The notes beneath the pieces were generated by a model. That model was not told the origin of the DNA, ran no database searches, and saw only the letters and a list, made by a program, of their open reading frames with translations. Shown piece by piece: positions 46,801 through 61,396 of a DNA stretch of 64,000 bases. Each line of letters begins with the position of its first letter. Position 1 is the stretch's first letter. A program made the position numbers and the translations under genes. The stretch is taken from positions 1,312,001 through 1,376,000 of the forward strand of contig CAWGHO010000001.1 in the NCBI GenBank assembly GCA_963822445.1, in the 5' to 3' direction. This DNA comes from an uncultured Acidobacteriota bacterium. GTDB taxonomy: Bacteria; Acidobacteriota; Thermoanaerobaculia; Gp7-AA8.

Positions 46801-47460
46801 GTGCAAAAGCTGACGTTGTTCGCCGCCTCGCTGATCGCGCTTGCGATCGGCCTGGCAAAACGGCCGGAGCCGCGGCCGGCCGCCTCCGTTCCGCGTCACG
46901 TGGCGATCATCGGCGACTCGGTCGCTCGCGGTGCCGGAGACGAGTCGCGTCGCGGTATCGGCGGGTACCTGCCGGCGAGCGTGGCGGTCACGAACCTCGG
47001 CATCGATGGCGCGGGAACGAGAACCGTGTTGCGGCACCTGACGCGCTCGCACGTGCGCGCCGCTCTCCGGCAGGCCGACGTGGTCATCGTGTCGATCGGC
47101 GGGAACGACCTATTCGGCGATTCGCGAGTGCGGCTTCTGTCGACCGTGGCGCCGCGGTACGCGATGTGGCGCGCCGACGTGCGCGTTCGCCGGGTCGTCG
47201 CCGCGATCCGGCGTGAGAACCGGCGCGCACGTGTGTATGTGCTGGGTCTGTACAACCCGTACCGCGCGGCGTGGCTCGATCAACACATCGCGCGCTGGGA
47301 CAGCCGGCTGATCGGCTCTTTCGCGGAGTGGCGAGGAGTGGCGGTGATCCGGATCGCGGATCTGCTCGAACCGCCGCGGATGCTCAGCGCACTGGATCGC
47401 TTTCACCCCTCGGCGGCCGGTTATCGCGGGATTGCGGAGAGGATTTCGGCGGGATGGTGA
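46801..47460 (+). CDS. SGNH/GDSL hydrolase
   Basis: IGDSV, SIGGND, DRFHP. Confidence 0.88.
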   Translation: MQKLTLFAASLIALAIGLAKRPEPRPAASVPRHVAIIGDSVARGAGDESRRGIGGYLPASVAVTNLGIDGAGTRTVLRHLTRSHVRAALRQADVVIVSIGGNDLFGDSRVRLLSTVAPRYAMWRADVRVRRVVAAIRRENRRARVYVLGLYNPYRAAWLDQHIARWDSRLIGSFAEWRGVAVIRIADLLEPPRMLSALDRFHPSAAGYRGIAERISAGW

Positions 47461-47463
47461 GGT

Positions 47464-47525
47464 GGTGTGGTGCGGGCCTCCGGCCTGCCTTTGGTGGGGG
47501 GCAGGCGGGACGCCTACACCACACC
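47464..47525. repeat. REPIN-like doublet with hybrid arms
   Basis: Left arm GCCTCCGGCC type, right arm GGCGGGACGCC type; between convergent genes. Confidence 0.82.
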
Positions 47526-47537
47526 GGGGGCCGTGCC

Positions 47538-48299
47538 CTACACCGTCTCCAACGGATACACCTTCACATTCACCTCGCGCGCGTAGTGCCGCAGGCCGAT
47601 CGCATCGTGGCGCTTCACGCCCGCCGCCCAGATGAGCGTTTCATCGAGCTCCAGCACCTCCGCGCGTTGCACGGGGTAGGGCTGGTGGTGGACGCGGGCG
47701 CGGTGCAGGCGGCGCTGCTCGTCCTCCGAGTAGAGGATGTAGCGCTCGACGAGGAAATGCTCGATCGTGCCCGGCGAGGCCGCGGCGGCAGGACCTTCGA
47801 TGGCCTGGTAGCGGATGTGGGCGTGGGCGGGCATCGGGCCGCGATCGTCGTCGCGGCGCGAATGGAAGCCGATCACCGGCAGCGCGCCTTTGCTGGTCTC
47901 GAAATCGATCGCGGCGTGGAAGTACGCGAGCTTGTACGCGGCTCGTGCGGCCGCCACAGCGACGGTGCTCGATGCGTCGAGGCTGAAGAACCAGACGCCG
48001 GGATCGCGGCCGCCAATGTGGACGTAGGTGCGGACGTTCACCTCGTGAAAAGACGAGATCCAGGGAAGCGGCGGCGTGCCCACGGGGCGGACACCGGTCA
48101 GGGTGAAGGGGACCAGGCCGATGTACGCCTTCCCTTCGAACGTGTCGACGGTCAGACCGGCCGGTACGAGGGCCTGCAACTCGGCGTAGGGAACTTCCCA
48201 GTGCAGGAAAAGCAGGTGGTGCCAGTTCTGATGAAGGAGAACGGGTTGATCGGGCTCGAGCGTCGGGGTGATGCGATCGATTGGGTCGTGCCGGTGCAT
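47538..48299 (-). CDS. DUF2071 (YqjF-like) protein
   Basis: QNWHHLLFLHW, EVNVRTYV, GVWFFSLDA, FLVERY. Confidence 0.9.
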   Translation of the reverse strand: MHRHDPIDRITPTLEPDQPVLLHQNWHHLLFLHWEVPYAELQALVPAGLTVDTFEGKAYIGLVPFTLTGVRPVGTPPLPWISSFHEVNVRTYVHIGGRDPGVWFFSLDASSTVAVAAARAAYKLAYFHAAIDFETSKGALPVIGFHSRRDDDRGPMPAHAHIRYQAIEGPAAAASPGTIEHFLVERYILYSEDEQRRLHRARVHHQPYPVQRAEVLELDETLIWAAGVKRHDAIGLRHYAREVNVKVYPLETV

Positions 48300-48304
48300 G
48301 GACC

Positions 48305-49033
48305 CTATTCGAAGACTTCGTACTCGGCGACCGGGAGCTCCGTAGGCGGGGTCCAGCGCCAGGTCTCGAAAACGTGGAGGTCGAACAGCAGCAGGAAGAC
48401 TTCACTGGACATGTGCCAGCGCGCCTGCAGGCCGTCCAGCAATCCCCGCTTCGACTCTTTGATCACGTGATCGAGGCCGTAGATCACGGTCTGGATCTGC
48501 TTGAAACCGGCGCGGGCGCAGAAGCAGTTCAGGGCCGCTTCGATCTTGAATTTGGCCTGGTACTGCGGCGGAACGGTCTCGAAGACCTCACGGCGCATGA
48601 CCCTGATGCCCGAGAGCACCGGACCGCACTTCAGCTTCAGATGGAAGAAGTTCGGAATCGGGCCGCGGTTGCGGACGCCGATGTTCATGTCGCAGCGGCC
48701 CGAAAGGACCGGCGTGATCAGCTCTTCGATGTGCTTCTGGGTGACGTTGTACATGTCCCCGTCGCAGAAAAAGAGGATGTCGTTCGACGCGTTGGCAACG
48801 CCGACGGCCATGGCGAAGCCCTTGCCGTGGTTCTCGCGGAGAGCGATGGTCTTGACTCCCTCGAACTGGCGGGCGATCTCGACCGTGTCATCGACGGAAC
48901 CGTCGCTGACAACGATCACTTCGCCGATCAGCGGGCTGCTGGTGAGCGCACGGAGGACGGCAGCAATCGTCTTCTCCTCGTTGTAGGCCGCGACTACGGC
49001 AGTGATCCTCAATCGTGTCTCCTGGCGAGCCAT
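48305..49033 (-). CDS. family 2 glycosyltransferase
   Basis: AAYNEE, SDGSVDDT, NHGKGFA, FCDGD. Confidence 0.88.
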   Translation of the reverse strand: MARQETRLRITAVVAAYNEEKTIAAVLRALTSSPLIGEVIVVSDGSVDDTVEIARQFEGVKTIALRENHGKGFAMAVGVANASNDILFFCDGDMYNVTQKHIEELITPVLSGRCDMNIGVRNRGPIPNFFHLKLKCGPVLSGIRVMRREVFETVPPQYQAKFKIEAALNCFCARAGFKQIQTVIYGLDHVIKESKRGLLDGLQARWHMSSEVFLLLFDLHVFETWRWTPPTELPVAEYEVFE

Positions 49034-49115
49034 TTCTGTCGTGGGGGAGGCAGTGCAACCGGTGCACCACGGCGGGGGATTCTACCTGACACGCCATTTG
49101 CACTGTCCCGCTCGC

Positions 49116-49619
49116 GTGAAAAAGACCCTCACCGTCGGAACGCTCCTCGCGGTTCTCTGCCTCGTCGCGTCCCTCATGAGCCTCACCCTCTCGGGATGTG
49201 GGCTGGCCAAGGCGGCGCTGAACATCGAGAACCCGCGGTACTCGATCCGTGACATCCGGCCCCGGGTCGACATCGCCATCCCCCTGTCGGCGTCCACGAT
49301 CGACGTCGACTTTGCCATCGAAGTGGACAATCCGAACTCGGTCGGCCTCCGGCTGGACGAGATCGACTTCGACCTCTTCATCAACGACACCCGCATCCTC
49401 GACGGGATCAGCCAGCAGCGCATCAACATCCCGGCGAACGGCCGCGGCGACATGCGCCTGCGCACGACCATCGGCTACGACAACCTCCGCTCACTCTGGG
49501 GAGAGATCGTCGGTGCGATCCGCGGCGAGCGCGCGAAATACGAGATTCGCGGCAACGCCTACTACGACACGCCGATCGGGAGACTGCGGTTTCCGGTGTC
49601 GGTGTACTCGACGAGGTAG
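49116..49619 (+). CDS. LEA type 2 (WHy) domain lipoprotein
   Basis: LSGC lipobox; VDNPN motif. Confidence 0.85.
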   Translation: MKKTLTVGTLLAVLCLVASLMSLTLSGCGLAKAALNIENPRYSIRDIRPRVDIAIPLSASTIDVDFAIEVDNPNSVGLRLDEIDFDLFINDTRILDGISQQRINIPANGRGDMRLRTTIGYDNLRSLWGEIVGAIRGERAKYEIRGNAYYDTPIGRLRFPVSVYSTR

Positions 49620-49621
49620 CG

Positions 49622-49690
49622 GTGTAGTGTGGGCCTCCGGCCTACCCTCGGGCGGGGGAACCAAAGGTAGGCCGGAGGCCCACACTACAC
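49622..49690. repeat. REPIN-like inverted repeat doublet
   Basis: Arms GTGTAGTGTGGGCCTCCGGCCTACC identical to the 18550 copy; between convergent genes. Confidence 0.9.
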
Positions 49691-49694
49691 GGGG

Positions 49695-50072
49695 TTAACT
49701 CACATCCCTGACCACGGTGATCGTCTGCGCGACGTACCGTCCGTTGTCGTTCACGCCGCGTACTTCGATCTCGTCGCCGCGCTCGAGGTCGGCGACGTTG
49801 TACTGATTGTTCTGGTACACGACTCTGGTGTTGTTGTCGTAGTAGATCGAGCCGCGCTGCCCGCCGTTCGTGTTGCGCAGGTTGTTGATGTAGCCGACGT
49901 CCAGATCGATGCGACGCGCGCTCGTGTCGATCCCCGTGACCGTCCCGCGAACGTCCGAGGGCTGTTCCTGTGAGGGGCTGCCGAGAATGATGCTGCCGAG
50001 GTCGCCGAGACTGCCGCCGGTGCCGCAGGCGCCGATCAGGAGTGCAGTCAGGGCCAAAGTTGCTATTCGCAT
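49695..50072 (-). CDS. small OB-fold-like lipoprotein
   Basis: MRIATLALTALLIGAC; DLERGDEIEVRG. Confidence 0.75.
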   Translation of the reverse strand: MRIATLALTALLIGACGTGGSLGDLGSIILGSPSQEQPSDVRGTVTGIDTSARRIDLDVGYINNLRNTNGGQRGSIYYDNNTRVVYQNNQYNVADLERGDEIEVRGVNDNGRYVAQTITVVRDVS

Positions 50073-50114
50073 AAAGTGCTCCTTCAGCCACAATCAAGAG
50101 CAAGGACCGAGCCT

Positions 50115-51314
50115 TTGACCGACGACCGCAAAGCACGTTTCGCAATACCCGCGCTCGCCAGCATCTTCTATTTTTCTCAGGGATTTCCGTTCGGCATCGT
50201 CAACGAGACGGTCAACCTCTACCTCTCCTTTGCCAAGGTCTCCCTCCCCCAGATCGGGCTCATCGGCAGCGTGGGGATCATCTGGACGCTGAAGTTCCTC
50301 TGGGCTCCGATCGTCGACACGATCGCCACGTATCGAGCCTGGATCTTCGCCGCGCTGCTCGTCCTTGCCGGCTCGTTCGCCGCCCTCGGCACGGTGCGCC
50401 CGGCCGGCGGCGCGTTCGTGGCCGCGCTGATCGTCCTCGTCTTCGCGTCGGCAACGCAGGACATCGCCATCGACGCCCTGGCCATCCGCATGACCCCGCC
50501 CAACCTCCTCGGCCTGGTCAACTCCGCGCGGGTGGCCGCATATCGCGTGGCGATGATCGTCGCCGGCGGCGGCGTTGCCGTCATCGCCGACCGCATGGGC
50601 TGGCGCGGCGCGTTCTACATCGCCGCGGCCGTGCCGCTGATCATGCTCGCGGTCATCGCCTTCGCCGCTCCGCGCGAATCCGACCAGCGGCAACGCAACG
50701 AGAATCCCTTCCGCAGCCTGCTCGAATGGGTGAAGAAGCCCGGCGCGCTGTGGCTGGTCGCGGTGATCCTCCTCTATCGCATGGGGGACAACTCGCTGAT
50801 GGCCATGATCCGGCCGTACTGGGTGGAGCGGGGGTTCAGTGCGACCGAGGTCGGGAACGTGACCACGACCTTGGGGATGATCTGCACCATCGCCGGGGCC
50901 ATCGCCGGCGGCGCGTTCGTCACGCGCTTCGGCGTGTATCGCGGCCTGCTCGTTCTGGGCATCGTGCAGATGCTCTCGAATCTCGCCTATGCCTATGTCG
51001 CGTTCACGACCGCGGGCCGGCCGTTCATGTACGGCGCGGCGGTCATCGAAACGTTCTGCGGCGGACTGGGAACCGCGGCCTTCCTGTCGTTTCTGATGTT
51101 CATCTGCGACAAGGACAACGCCGCGACCGAGTACGCGATGCTCAGCGCGCTCTTCACCGTCGGCCGCACTTTCGCCATCGCCATCAGCGGCTACGTCGCC
51201 CAGGACCTCGGATTCGCGAAGTACTACCTGCTCACCGCGGCGCTGGCCATTCCCGGGCTGGCACTGTTGCCGCTGATCCGCGAGCGACTGCATGCGCCAT
51301 CGCATCTTCGTTGA
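50115..51314 (+). CDS. AmpG-like MFS permease
   Basis: WTLKFLWAPIVD, SATQDIAIDA, ATEYAMLSAL; about 12 TM segments. Confidence 0.88.
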   Translation: MTDDRKARFAIPALASIFYFSQGFPFGIVNETVNLYLSFAKVSLPQIGLIGSVGIIWTLKFLWAPIVDTIATYRAWIFAALLVLAGSFAALGTVRPAGGAFVAALIVLVFASATQDIAIDALAIRMTPPNLLGLVNSARVAAYRVAMIVAGGGVAVIADRMGWRGAFYIAAAVPLIMLAVIAFAAPRESDQRQRNENPFRSLLEWVKKPGALWLVAVILLYRMGDNSLMAMIRPYWVERGFSATEVGNVTTTLGMICTIAGAIAGGAFVTRFGVYRGLLVLGIVQMLSNLAYAYVAFTTAGRPFMYGAAVIETFCGGLGTAAFLSFLMFICDKDNAATEYAMLSALFTVGRTFAIAISGYVAQDLGFAKYYLLTAALAIPGLALLPLIRERLHAPSHLR

Positions 51315-51988
51315 CGCGATTCAACCGACCGTCACCGTGACGGGCGACGAGTTTCACCACTCCGTCCGGGTGGTGCGCGTTCGCGCGGGTGAGGAAGTGG
51401 AAGTGTTCGATCGCACGGGGCGGGTTGCGCGCGGCACGATCGAGACGCTCGATCGCGACCAGGCCACGGTCCGCATCGACGAGGAGATTGCGTCGCGCGA
51501 AGCGAAGGTGGCCGTTCATCTGGCGATGGCGATCATCCAGCTCGAGAAGTTCGAGCTCGTGCTGCAGAAGGCGACCGAGCTCGGTGTGAAATCGATCGTG
51601 CCCATGGTCACCGACCGCATCGAGCTGCGCCGCGAGCGCTACCTCGGCAAGCACGACCGCTGGACTAGCATCGTCTTCGAGGCGGTGAAGCAATCAGGAC
51701 GGTCGATCTTTCCGGCGGTTGAAGAGCCGCGCGCGTTCACCGACGTGGTCGCGCGGCCGGGTCACAAAATCCTGTTCGATGCCGATCAGGATCCGGGTGA
51801 TTCAGCGGCAGCGGTCGACACGGTGACGCTGTTCATCGGTCCTGAAGGCGGATGGTCGCGACGAAGAGCTCGCGCTCGCACGAGCCAATGGCTGCGCATT
51901 CGAGCGGCTCGGACCACGGCGTTTGCGCGCGGAGACCGCGGCCATCGTTGCCTGTGCGCTCGTTGCTGCGCGCTCCGGCGACATTTGA
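51292..51988 (+). CDS. rsmE: 16S rRNA m3U1498 methyltransferase (frameshift near 51856)
   Basis: LQKATELGV, EAVKQSGR, FIGPEGGW; LGPRRLRAETA follows in a shifted frame. Confidence 0.88.
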
Positions 51989-52003
51989 TAGATTGCGCAG
52001 CCC

Positions 52004-53268
<1,265 letters not shown>

Positions 53269-53293
<25 letters not shown>

Positions 53294-54091
53294 CGGAACG
53301 TCCCCGCCCACCACTCCCCTTTCGCGCGCTCGCTCGCTAACTCGAGCCCGTGCTTTGCCGCGGCCGCGACGACTTCATCGCGCTTGATCACCAGGATTCC
53401 GCTCAGGATCAACGCGCCGCTCACGTGCCGCAAGACCTCCGGGAGCAAAGGCAAAATCACCTCGGGGATGATGTTCATCGTGATCACGTCGAACGTGCCG
53501 CCGCGAAGAGCCTCGACGCTGCCGATGAACAGGGGCATGGCGTTCTCGTCGACGCCGTTGCGCGAGCGGTTCTCGCGCAGCGCTGCGTAAGCGTCAGGAT
53601 CGTTGTCGAAGGCCATCACCTTCTTCGCGCCGAGGCGGAGCATGGCGATGGCCAGGATGCCGCTGCCGGAGCCGACGTCGAGTCCGCGCTTCCCTTCGAC
53701 ATTGAGCGACTCCAGCGTCTCGATGCAGAGCGAGGTCGTTTCATGCGATCCCGTTCCGAAAGCCTGTTCCTGCGGCACGACGATGGTCATGCGCGACGAG
53801 TCGCGCAGCAACGACGCATCGGGCGCGACGACGAATCGCTCGCCGATCTCCATCGCCGTGAGCGACTGCTGGTAATGCTCGAGCCAGTCGACGCGCGGAC
53901 GTTCCGTCGCACGAGGGCTGAGATCGGCGAGCTGACGCGCGGCCTCATCGCGATCTTCGGGAGTGTCGAAGTACGCCGCGAGGACTTCGCCCGCGACCGT
54001 CGATCCCCGGCTCTCGGTCAGAAACAGCCGCGCCCTGAAGAACTTCCTCACTCGCGGGATCGAACGGAATCTCGAGGATGAAGTCGGTCAC
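53269..54091 (-). CDS. prmA: ribosomal protein L11 methyltransferase (frameshift near 5' end)
   Basis: [27 protein letters not shown]; N-terminus (GTG)TDFILEIP in a shifted frame. Confidence 0.88.
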
Positions 54092-54691
54092 TCGTTCCCC
54101 GAAGTGCGTGCGGTAGTCCTCCATCGCCGCCTGCACCACGGCCGCGGCGTGGTCGTAGCCGTACGTGCTCGCTACGCGGATCCGCTGGGCCTCGCCGGGG
54201 ACGATCTTGTAGGTGGAGAAGTAGTGCTCGAGGCGCTCGATGAGAACCGGCGGAACGTCGGCGATGTCCTGCGCGTCGCCCCAGACGTAATCGCCCTGCA
54301 GCACGGCGATGATCTTGTCGTCGGCCTCACCGCGATCGATGAGCTGGAATCCGCCGATGACCCGCGCCGCGAGGAGGATCTCCGACTTCGAGATCGGACG
54401 CTCGCTCAGCACGCAGATGTCGAGCGGGTCGCCGTCGCCCTTCGACGCGCCCGGCGAGAGCTTCGTGACCTGTTCCGCGCAATACGTCTGCGGAACGAAT
54501 CCATAGAGCGCCGGCGGTTGCGACGACGTGCGCTGCGGACGATCGACTTTCAGATAGCCGCTGGACTTGTCGACTTCGTACTTGATCAGATCGAACGGCG
54601 TGATCTCGACGAAGACGTTGACGACGCGCGGCGCGTCGTCGCCGGCGGTGAGGCCGTGCCAGGGGTGGGGGCGATAGCGTGAGAACGACAT
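54088..54691 (-). CDS. ppa: inorganic pyrophosphatase (family I)
   Basis: HPWHG, KYEVDK, GDGDPLDICVL, DRGEADDKII; the stop is reached only after a 1-nt indel near 54097. Confidence 0.9.
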
Positions 54692-54720
54692 CGCCGCGGA
54701 TTGTATGCGTGCGGCGGGCG

Positions 54721-55971
54721 TCAGTGCCGGATGGAGCGGCGGCGCGGCGATACGACGCCGATCTCGAAATCCGAGCGCATCCGCACCACCGTGTACGGAT
54801 TCCAGGTGGAAAGCAGGTAATGAATGGACAGCTTGTTTCCCCTGACGGTAGTGAAGCGGTCGATCATGTACGGTGCGTAGCCTCCACCCCGCGTCGTGTA
54901 TGGGTCGTTCCCGCCGATGGTCGGTCCGTTCAGACCGTCTCCGGGAGGATTGGGGACGATCGACGGATCGTGGATGAAAACCCCCATTCCATTGTCGCGC
55001 CGCGCATTGAACACGAGTTGCGGCTTGCTCCATGGTCCCCAGGGCTCCGCGGCATACGTAAAGTAAATCCCGGTCGTGTTCGGTGTCTGCGAGCCGCCGT
55101 CGTAAGTCATCAGCCAGAGATCGAGCTCCTCGGAGAAGGTAACCGACGAGTTGCCGATCTTCGGGCTCGTGCCGGGGACGTCAAGTGGATTGTCGATGAC
55201 GATCGGAACCGCCTCGGCCTCCGACGAGCTCCACACCGGAACGCCATTCGACATTCCCGCGAAGTAGCGCGTACCGGTGCCGCTCTCGAAATTCGCGGCG
55301 GGCACCGAAGACAGATAGACGTTGTCTCCGCGGTAAACGCCGGTGCCGAAGATGAAGACGTCGCTTCCGAACCGCTGCAGCGACGTGAAGATGAACTTGC
55401 CGCCGGGCCTCGAGGAGATGGTGCGCAGCGGTGTGAACGTCCGCGCGTTTTCGTCGAAGCGGGTCAGAACCGAGTAGTTGTTCACGTTCGGGTCGGGCAG
55501 GTTGATGTCCACTCCGGTATTGACCACCACGTACGTCGCGGTGTCGAGGCGTATGCCCGCGTTCGGGACCTCGGCGGCCCCCATCCGCACGCCGGAAATC
55601 CTCACGAAAAAGGGTGTGCCGTCCGGCTTCATCAGGAAGTCGAGAAGGAGCGGCGACTCCGGATCGGTGCTCGTGCTCGTGGCAATGGTGTCGCTGGCGA
55701 AGTACTCCACGTTTGCTCCGAGCGTGTCGCCGAAGAGAAAGTAGAGTTTCCCTTGGGACTCGAACGACGCGCCGAGGTCCGTTCCCAGGACTCGCGCCCG
55801 GGTGTTGGTCAGGTTCGCGGTCGGGACGCAGGAACCGGTTGCGGCTTGCGCCGGATAGTCGCAGTCGCCGACGAGCTGCTCCACCCGTACCGTCGATCCT
55901 TCGATCCAGGTCAGCTTCGCAGGGTTCTGCGCGGCGAGAAGGAGGATGGCGATCAGAACGAACATGGGCAT
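54721..55971 (-). CDS. DUF4185-like secreted propeller protein
   Basis: GTDLG, LFGDT, PWGPWS, GYAPY, LSTWNPYTV; signal peptide. Confidence 0.8.
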   Translation of the reverse strand: MPMFVLIAILLLAAQNPAKLTWIEGSTVRVEQLVGDCDYPAQAATGSCVPTANLTNTRARVLGTDLGASFESQGKLYFLFGDTLGANVEYFASDTIATSTSTDPESPLLLDFLMKPDGTPFFVRISGVRMGAAEVPNAGIRLDTATYVVVNTGVDINLPDPNVNNYSVLTRFDENARTFTPLRTISSRPGGKFIFTSLQRFGSDVFIFGTGVYRGDNVYLSSVPAANFESGTGTRYFAGMSNGVPVWSSSEAEAVPIVIDNPLDVPGTSPKIGNSSVTFSEELDLWLMTYDGGSQTPNTTGIYFTYAAEPWGPWSKPQLVFNARRDNGMGVFIHDPSIVPNPPGDGLNGPTIGGNDPYTTRGGGYAPYMIDRFTTVRGNKLSIHYLLSTWNPYTVVRMRSDFEIGVVSPRRRSIRH

Positions 55972-56007
55972 CTGACGCGTGAAGCTTGCCGCGCGTGTAC
56001 GGCCGGA

Positions 56008-57123
56008 TTACACCGAGAAAAAGTCTTTGACCTTCTCGAACACGCCCTTCTCCGGCGGCGTCTCCCCTTCCAACGTCGCCAGCCTTTCGAGGAGCGTGCG
56101 CTGTTCATCGCTCAACGTCGTGGGGATGCGCACGGCGACGTGCACGTAGTGGTCTCCGCGGCCGGACCCGTCGAGGAAGGGCACGCCTTTGCCGCGCAGG
56201 CGGAAGACCTGGTTCGGTTGCGTTCCCGGCGGGACGCGAAGCGATTCCGCACCGTCGATGGTCTCGGTCTGCAGCTCGGCGCCGAGAGCGGCCTGGGTGA
56301 AGGTCACCGAGTGCTCGGAATGGATGTCGTAATCGCGGCGGGTGAACTTCGGATGATCGGCGACGGAGATAAACACGTACAGATCGCCGTTCGGACCGCC
56401 GTTGAAACCGGCCTCCCCTTCGGCCGCCACGCGCAGCCGCGAGCCGTCGTCGACGCCCGCGGGCACTTTCACGGAGATGGTCTTCTCTTCGCGCACGCGT
56501 CCCGCGCCGGCGCATGACGCGCAGGGATCCTTGATCACTTTGCCCGCGCCGCCGCACTGCGGACAGGTCCGCGCGACCGCGAAGAAGCCCTGCGAGTAAC
56601 GGATCTGGCCGCGGCCCGCGCATCCGGTGCACGTCACCGGTTGCGTTCCCGACTTCGCTCCGGAGCCGTTGCACGTGGTGCAGGTGATCGTCCGCGGAAT
56701 CTGCAGCGACACGTCTTTGCCGAACGCCGCATCCATGAAGTCGAGATGGAGGTCGTAACGGAGATCGTTGCCGCGCGCCGGCCGATTGCTGCGGCGCCCG
56801 CGCGTGCCGAAGAAATCGCCGAAGCCGAACAGGTCGCCGAGGATGTCGCCGAAGTCGGCGAACTGATTGGGGTCGAAGCCGGTCGCGCCGCCGAGGCCCT
56901 GATGGCCGTAGCGGTCGTAGCGCGAGCGCTTCTCTTCATCCGACAGAACGCCGTAAGCCTCCGCCGCCTCCTTGAACTTCTCCTCGGCCGCGGGATCGCC
57001 GGGATTCTTGTCGGGATGGAACTTCACCGCCAGCTTGCGGTAAGCCTTCTTGATGTCATCGAGCGACGCGGTGCGCGAGAGTCCGAGCACCTCGTAGTAA
57101 TCGCGTTTTTCAGTGGTTGCCAT
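56008..57123 (-). CDS. dnaJ: chaperone DnaJ
   Basis: HPD motif, G/F region, four CxxCxGxG repeats. Confidence 0.96.
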   Translation of the reverse strand: MATTEKRDYYEVLGLSRTASLDDIKKAYRKLAVKFHPDKNPGDPAAEEKFKEAAEAYGVLSDEEKRSRYDRYGHQGLGGATGFDPNQFADFGDILGDLFGFGDFFGTRGRRSNRPARGNDLRYDLHLDFMDAAFGKDVSLQIPRTITCTTCNGSGAKSGTQPVTCTGCAGRGQIRYSQGFFAVARTCPQCGGAGKVIKDPCASCAGAGRVREEKTISVKVPAGVDDGSRLRVAAEGEAGFNGGPNGDLYVFISVADHPKFTRRDYDIHSEHSVTFTQAALGAELQTETIDGAESLRVPPGTQPNQVFRLRGKGVPFLDGSGRGDHYVHVAVRIPTTLSDEQRTLLERLATLEGETPPEKGVFEKVKDFFSV

Positions 57124-57126
57124 TCG

Positions 57127-59590
<2,464 letters not shown>

Positions 59591-59591
<1 letters not shown>

Positions 59592-60669
59592 TAGACCTCG
59601 TGCTCCTGTTCCTCTTCGATCTTGCGGCTCAATGCGCGGCCGAGGTAGTCGACGAGCGGCGCCATCCGCGCGTATTCCATGCGCATCGGGCCGATGATGC
59701 CGACCATTCCGAGCGGCGCTGCTCGTGATGCCGTAACGCCGGGCGACGATACTGAAGTTGTGGACCTGTGTGAAGTCGCTCTCCGAGCCGATCAGGATCT
59801 GCAGCCCGTCGCTCGATCAGGCAGGTCTCGAGAATCTCGACGAGCTTTTCCTTCTCCTGCAGGGCGAGGAAGGTCTTGCGGAACGAGGCCGCGTCTTCGG
59901 CGAACTCGGGTTTGTTCAGAATGGAGACCGCGCCTTCGACATAAAGCTCGTGATCGAGCGGGGTGACGTCATTGACCGCCTCGATGCCGAGGGTGATGGT
60001 CTTCTGGAGCATTTCGTCGTTGAGCGCGCGCTCCTTCTGCGGTCATCCGGATCAGGCGGCGGCGCACGACGTCGAGGGTGTTGCCGGACGAACTCCGCGG
60101 TGATGTAGCGGCTGATCTTCTCGAGCTCGTCGCGGGTGAAGGAGAAGCGGGTCTCGATGACCTTGTTCACGACGACGCCGTTCGCGCCGACGATCACGCA
60201 GAGGATTTTGTTCTCGGCGACGTTGATGAAGTCCATCGAACGGATCGCGAACTGGAGGAGGGTCGGCATGAACACGACGCCGACCTGATCGCTGAGGCGC
60301 GAGAGAAGGCTGGAGGCCTGATGGAGGACGTCCTCGATCTCGGAAGCGTGCGCTGACCTCGTCGTCGATGACTTCGCGCTCGCGAGGAGTGAGCGCGCGC
60401 GATTTCATGAGGTGGTTGATGAAGAAGCGGTAGCCGCGGTCAGTGGGCACGCGGCCGGCGGAGGTATGGGGCTGCTGGAGGTAGCCGAGGTCTTCGAGAT
60501 CGGCCATGACGTTGCGGAGGCTGGCCGGGGAAAGATCGAAGCGGCCGCACTTGGCCAGGGTCCGCGAACTGATGGCCTCGCCTGAGGCGATGTGCTGCAT
60601 GACGATCTCCCGCAAAACCTCGCGGGCGCGGGGATCGAGATCGTGACCGTGAAGGTCGAAGGGGCCCAT
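59591..60669 (-). CDS. hrcA: heat-inducible repressor HrcA (apparent frameshifts)
   Basis: SPASLRNVMADLEDLGYLQQPHTSAGRVPTDRGYR; IIGPMRMEY near the C-terminus. Confidence 0.92.
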
Positions 60670-60678
60670 AGGAATGGT

Positions 60679-60705
60679 TTAGCACTCTCGCAGGCAGAGT
60701 GCCAG
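60679..60705 (-). promoter_or_regulatory. CIRCE operator
   Basis: + strand TTAGCACTC-N9-GAGTGCCAG, 9 nt upstream of the hrcA ATG. Confidence 0.93.
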
Positions 60706-60708
60706 ACC

Positions 60709-60736
60709 ATTCTAGCGGGCACGGCCCGCCGCGCAA
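60709..60736 (-). promoter_or_regulatory. sigma70-type promoter of the hrcA operon
   Basis: Minus strand TTGCGC-N16-TAGAAT just upstream of CIRCE. Confidence 0.6.
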
Positions 60737-60772
60737 GTTGCTGCGCTGAGGCACGTGCGGCTGCCGGGTGGG

Positions 60773-61348
60773 CTAGAGCTTCTCGGCGGCTCCAGTCCTG
60801 ATGGCCCGCTCGATGACCTGCCGCAGTTTTTTCTCGGCCGCTTCCTCGAGCACTTCCTGCTTCTGGTCGAAGACCTCTTCCTGCTCTTCGAGGGCTTCGA
60901 GCTCGGCTTCCAGCGGGCGCATCTGTTCTTCGACCTCCCGGATCTGGCGCTCCATGTCCCGCCGCTGGGTGGCGGTGTAGCGCTCAGGCTCGTCGCTGAG
61001 GCTGTCGCTGAGGTTGTCATGTTTCCGTTCGAGGGCCTGATGCTTCTTCTCGATCGGCCGCATCTTGGCGTGGAGGGCGTGGTATTTCCCCTGGTTGGCC
61101 TCGACGTGGACGAAAGCCTGCCGCGCCTCCGCCATCGTGGCCGCATCGCGGATCAGGTACTGCTTCCCGTCGATCTTCGCCCAGAGGAAATCGCCGCTCC
61201 AGCGTTTCCCGTACGAGCCGATTCTCTCGACGTTCAGATCGCCGCCGGTGGTGTAGGAATCGCCGCGCTTGAAGATGTAAGTCATCTCGGCGGCGGAGAC
61301 GGCGAGGGTGGCCGTGAGAAGGAAGAGCAATGCGATCGTTCTGCGCAT
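60773..61348 (-). CDS. hypothetical secreted coiled-coil protein
   Basis: Signal peptide; FLWAKIDGKQYLIRD; long coiled coil. Confidence 0.75.
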   Translation of the reverse strand: MRRTIALLFLLTATLAVSAAEMTYIFKRGDSYTTGGDLNVERIGSYGKRWSGDFLWAKIDGKQYLIRDAATMAEARQAFVHVEANQGKYHALHAKMRPIEKKHQALERKHDNLSDSLSDEPERYTATQRRDMERQIREVEEQMRPLEAELEALEEQEEVFDQKQEVLEEAAEKKLRQVIERAIRTGAAEKL

Positions 61349-61396
61349 GACGAATGGACGGTCGAGCGCCGTCCCGGTTAGTTAGAATCGCTGCTG

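Noticed and set aside
18550-49690. Repeats as a CRISPR array
   Set aside because: They are dispersed inverted doublets with no repeat-spacer periodicity, and there are no cas genes.
53945-55033. Apparent long Ppa ORF fused to the PrmA N-terminus
   Set aside because: Removing one base in the C run near 54097 restores a GTGA stop/start overlap. The 5' extension overlaps the DUF4185-like gene.
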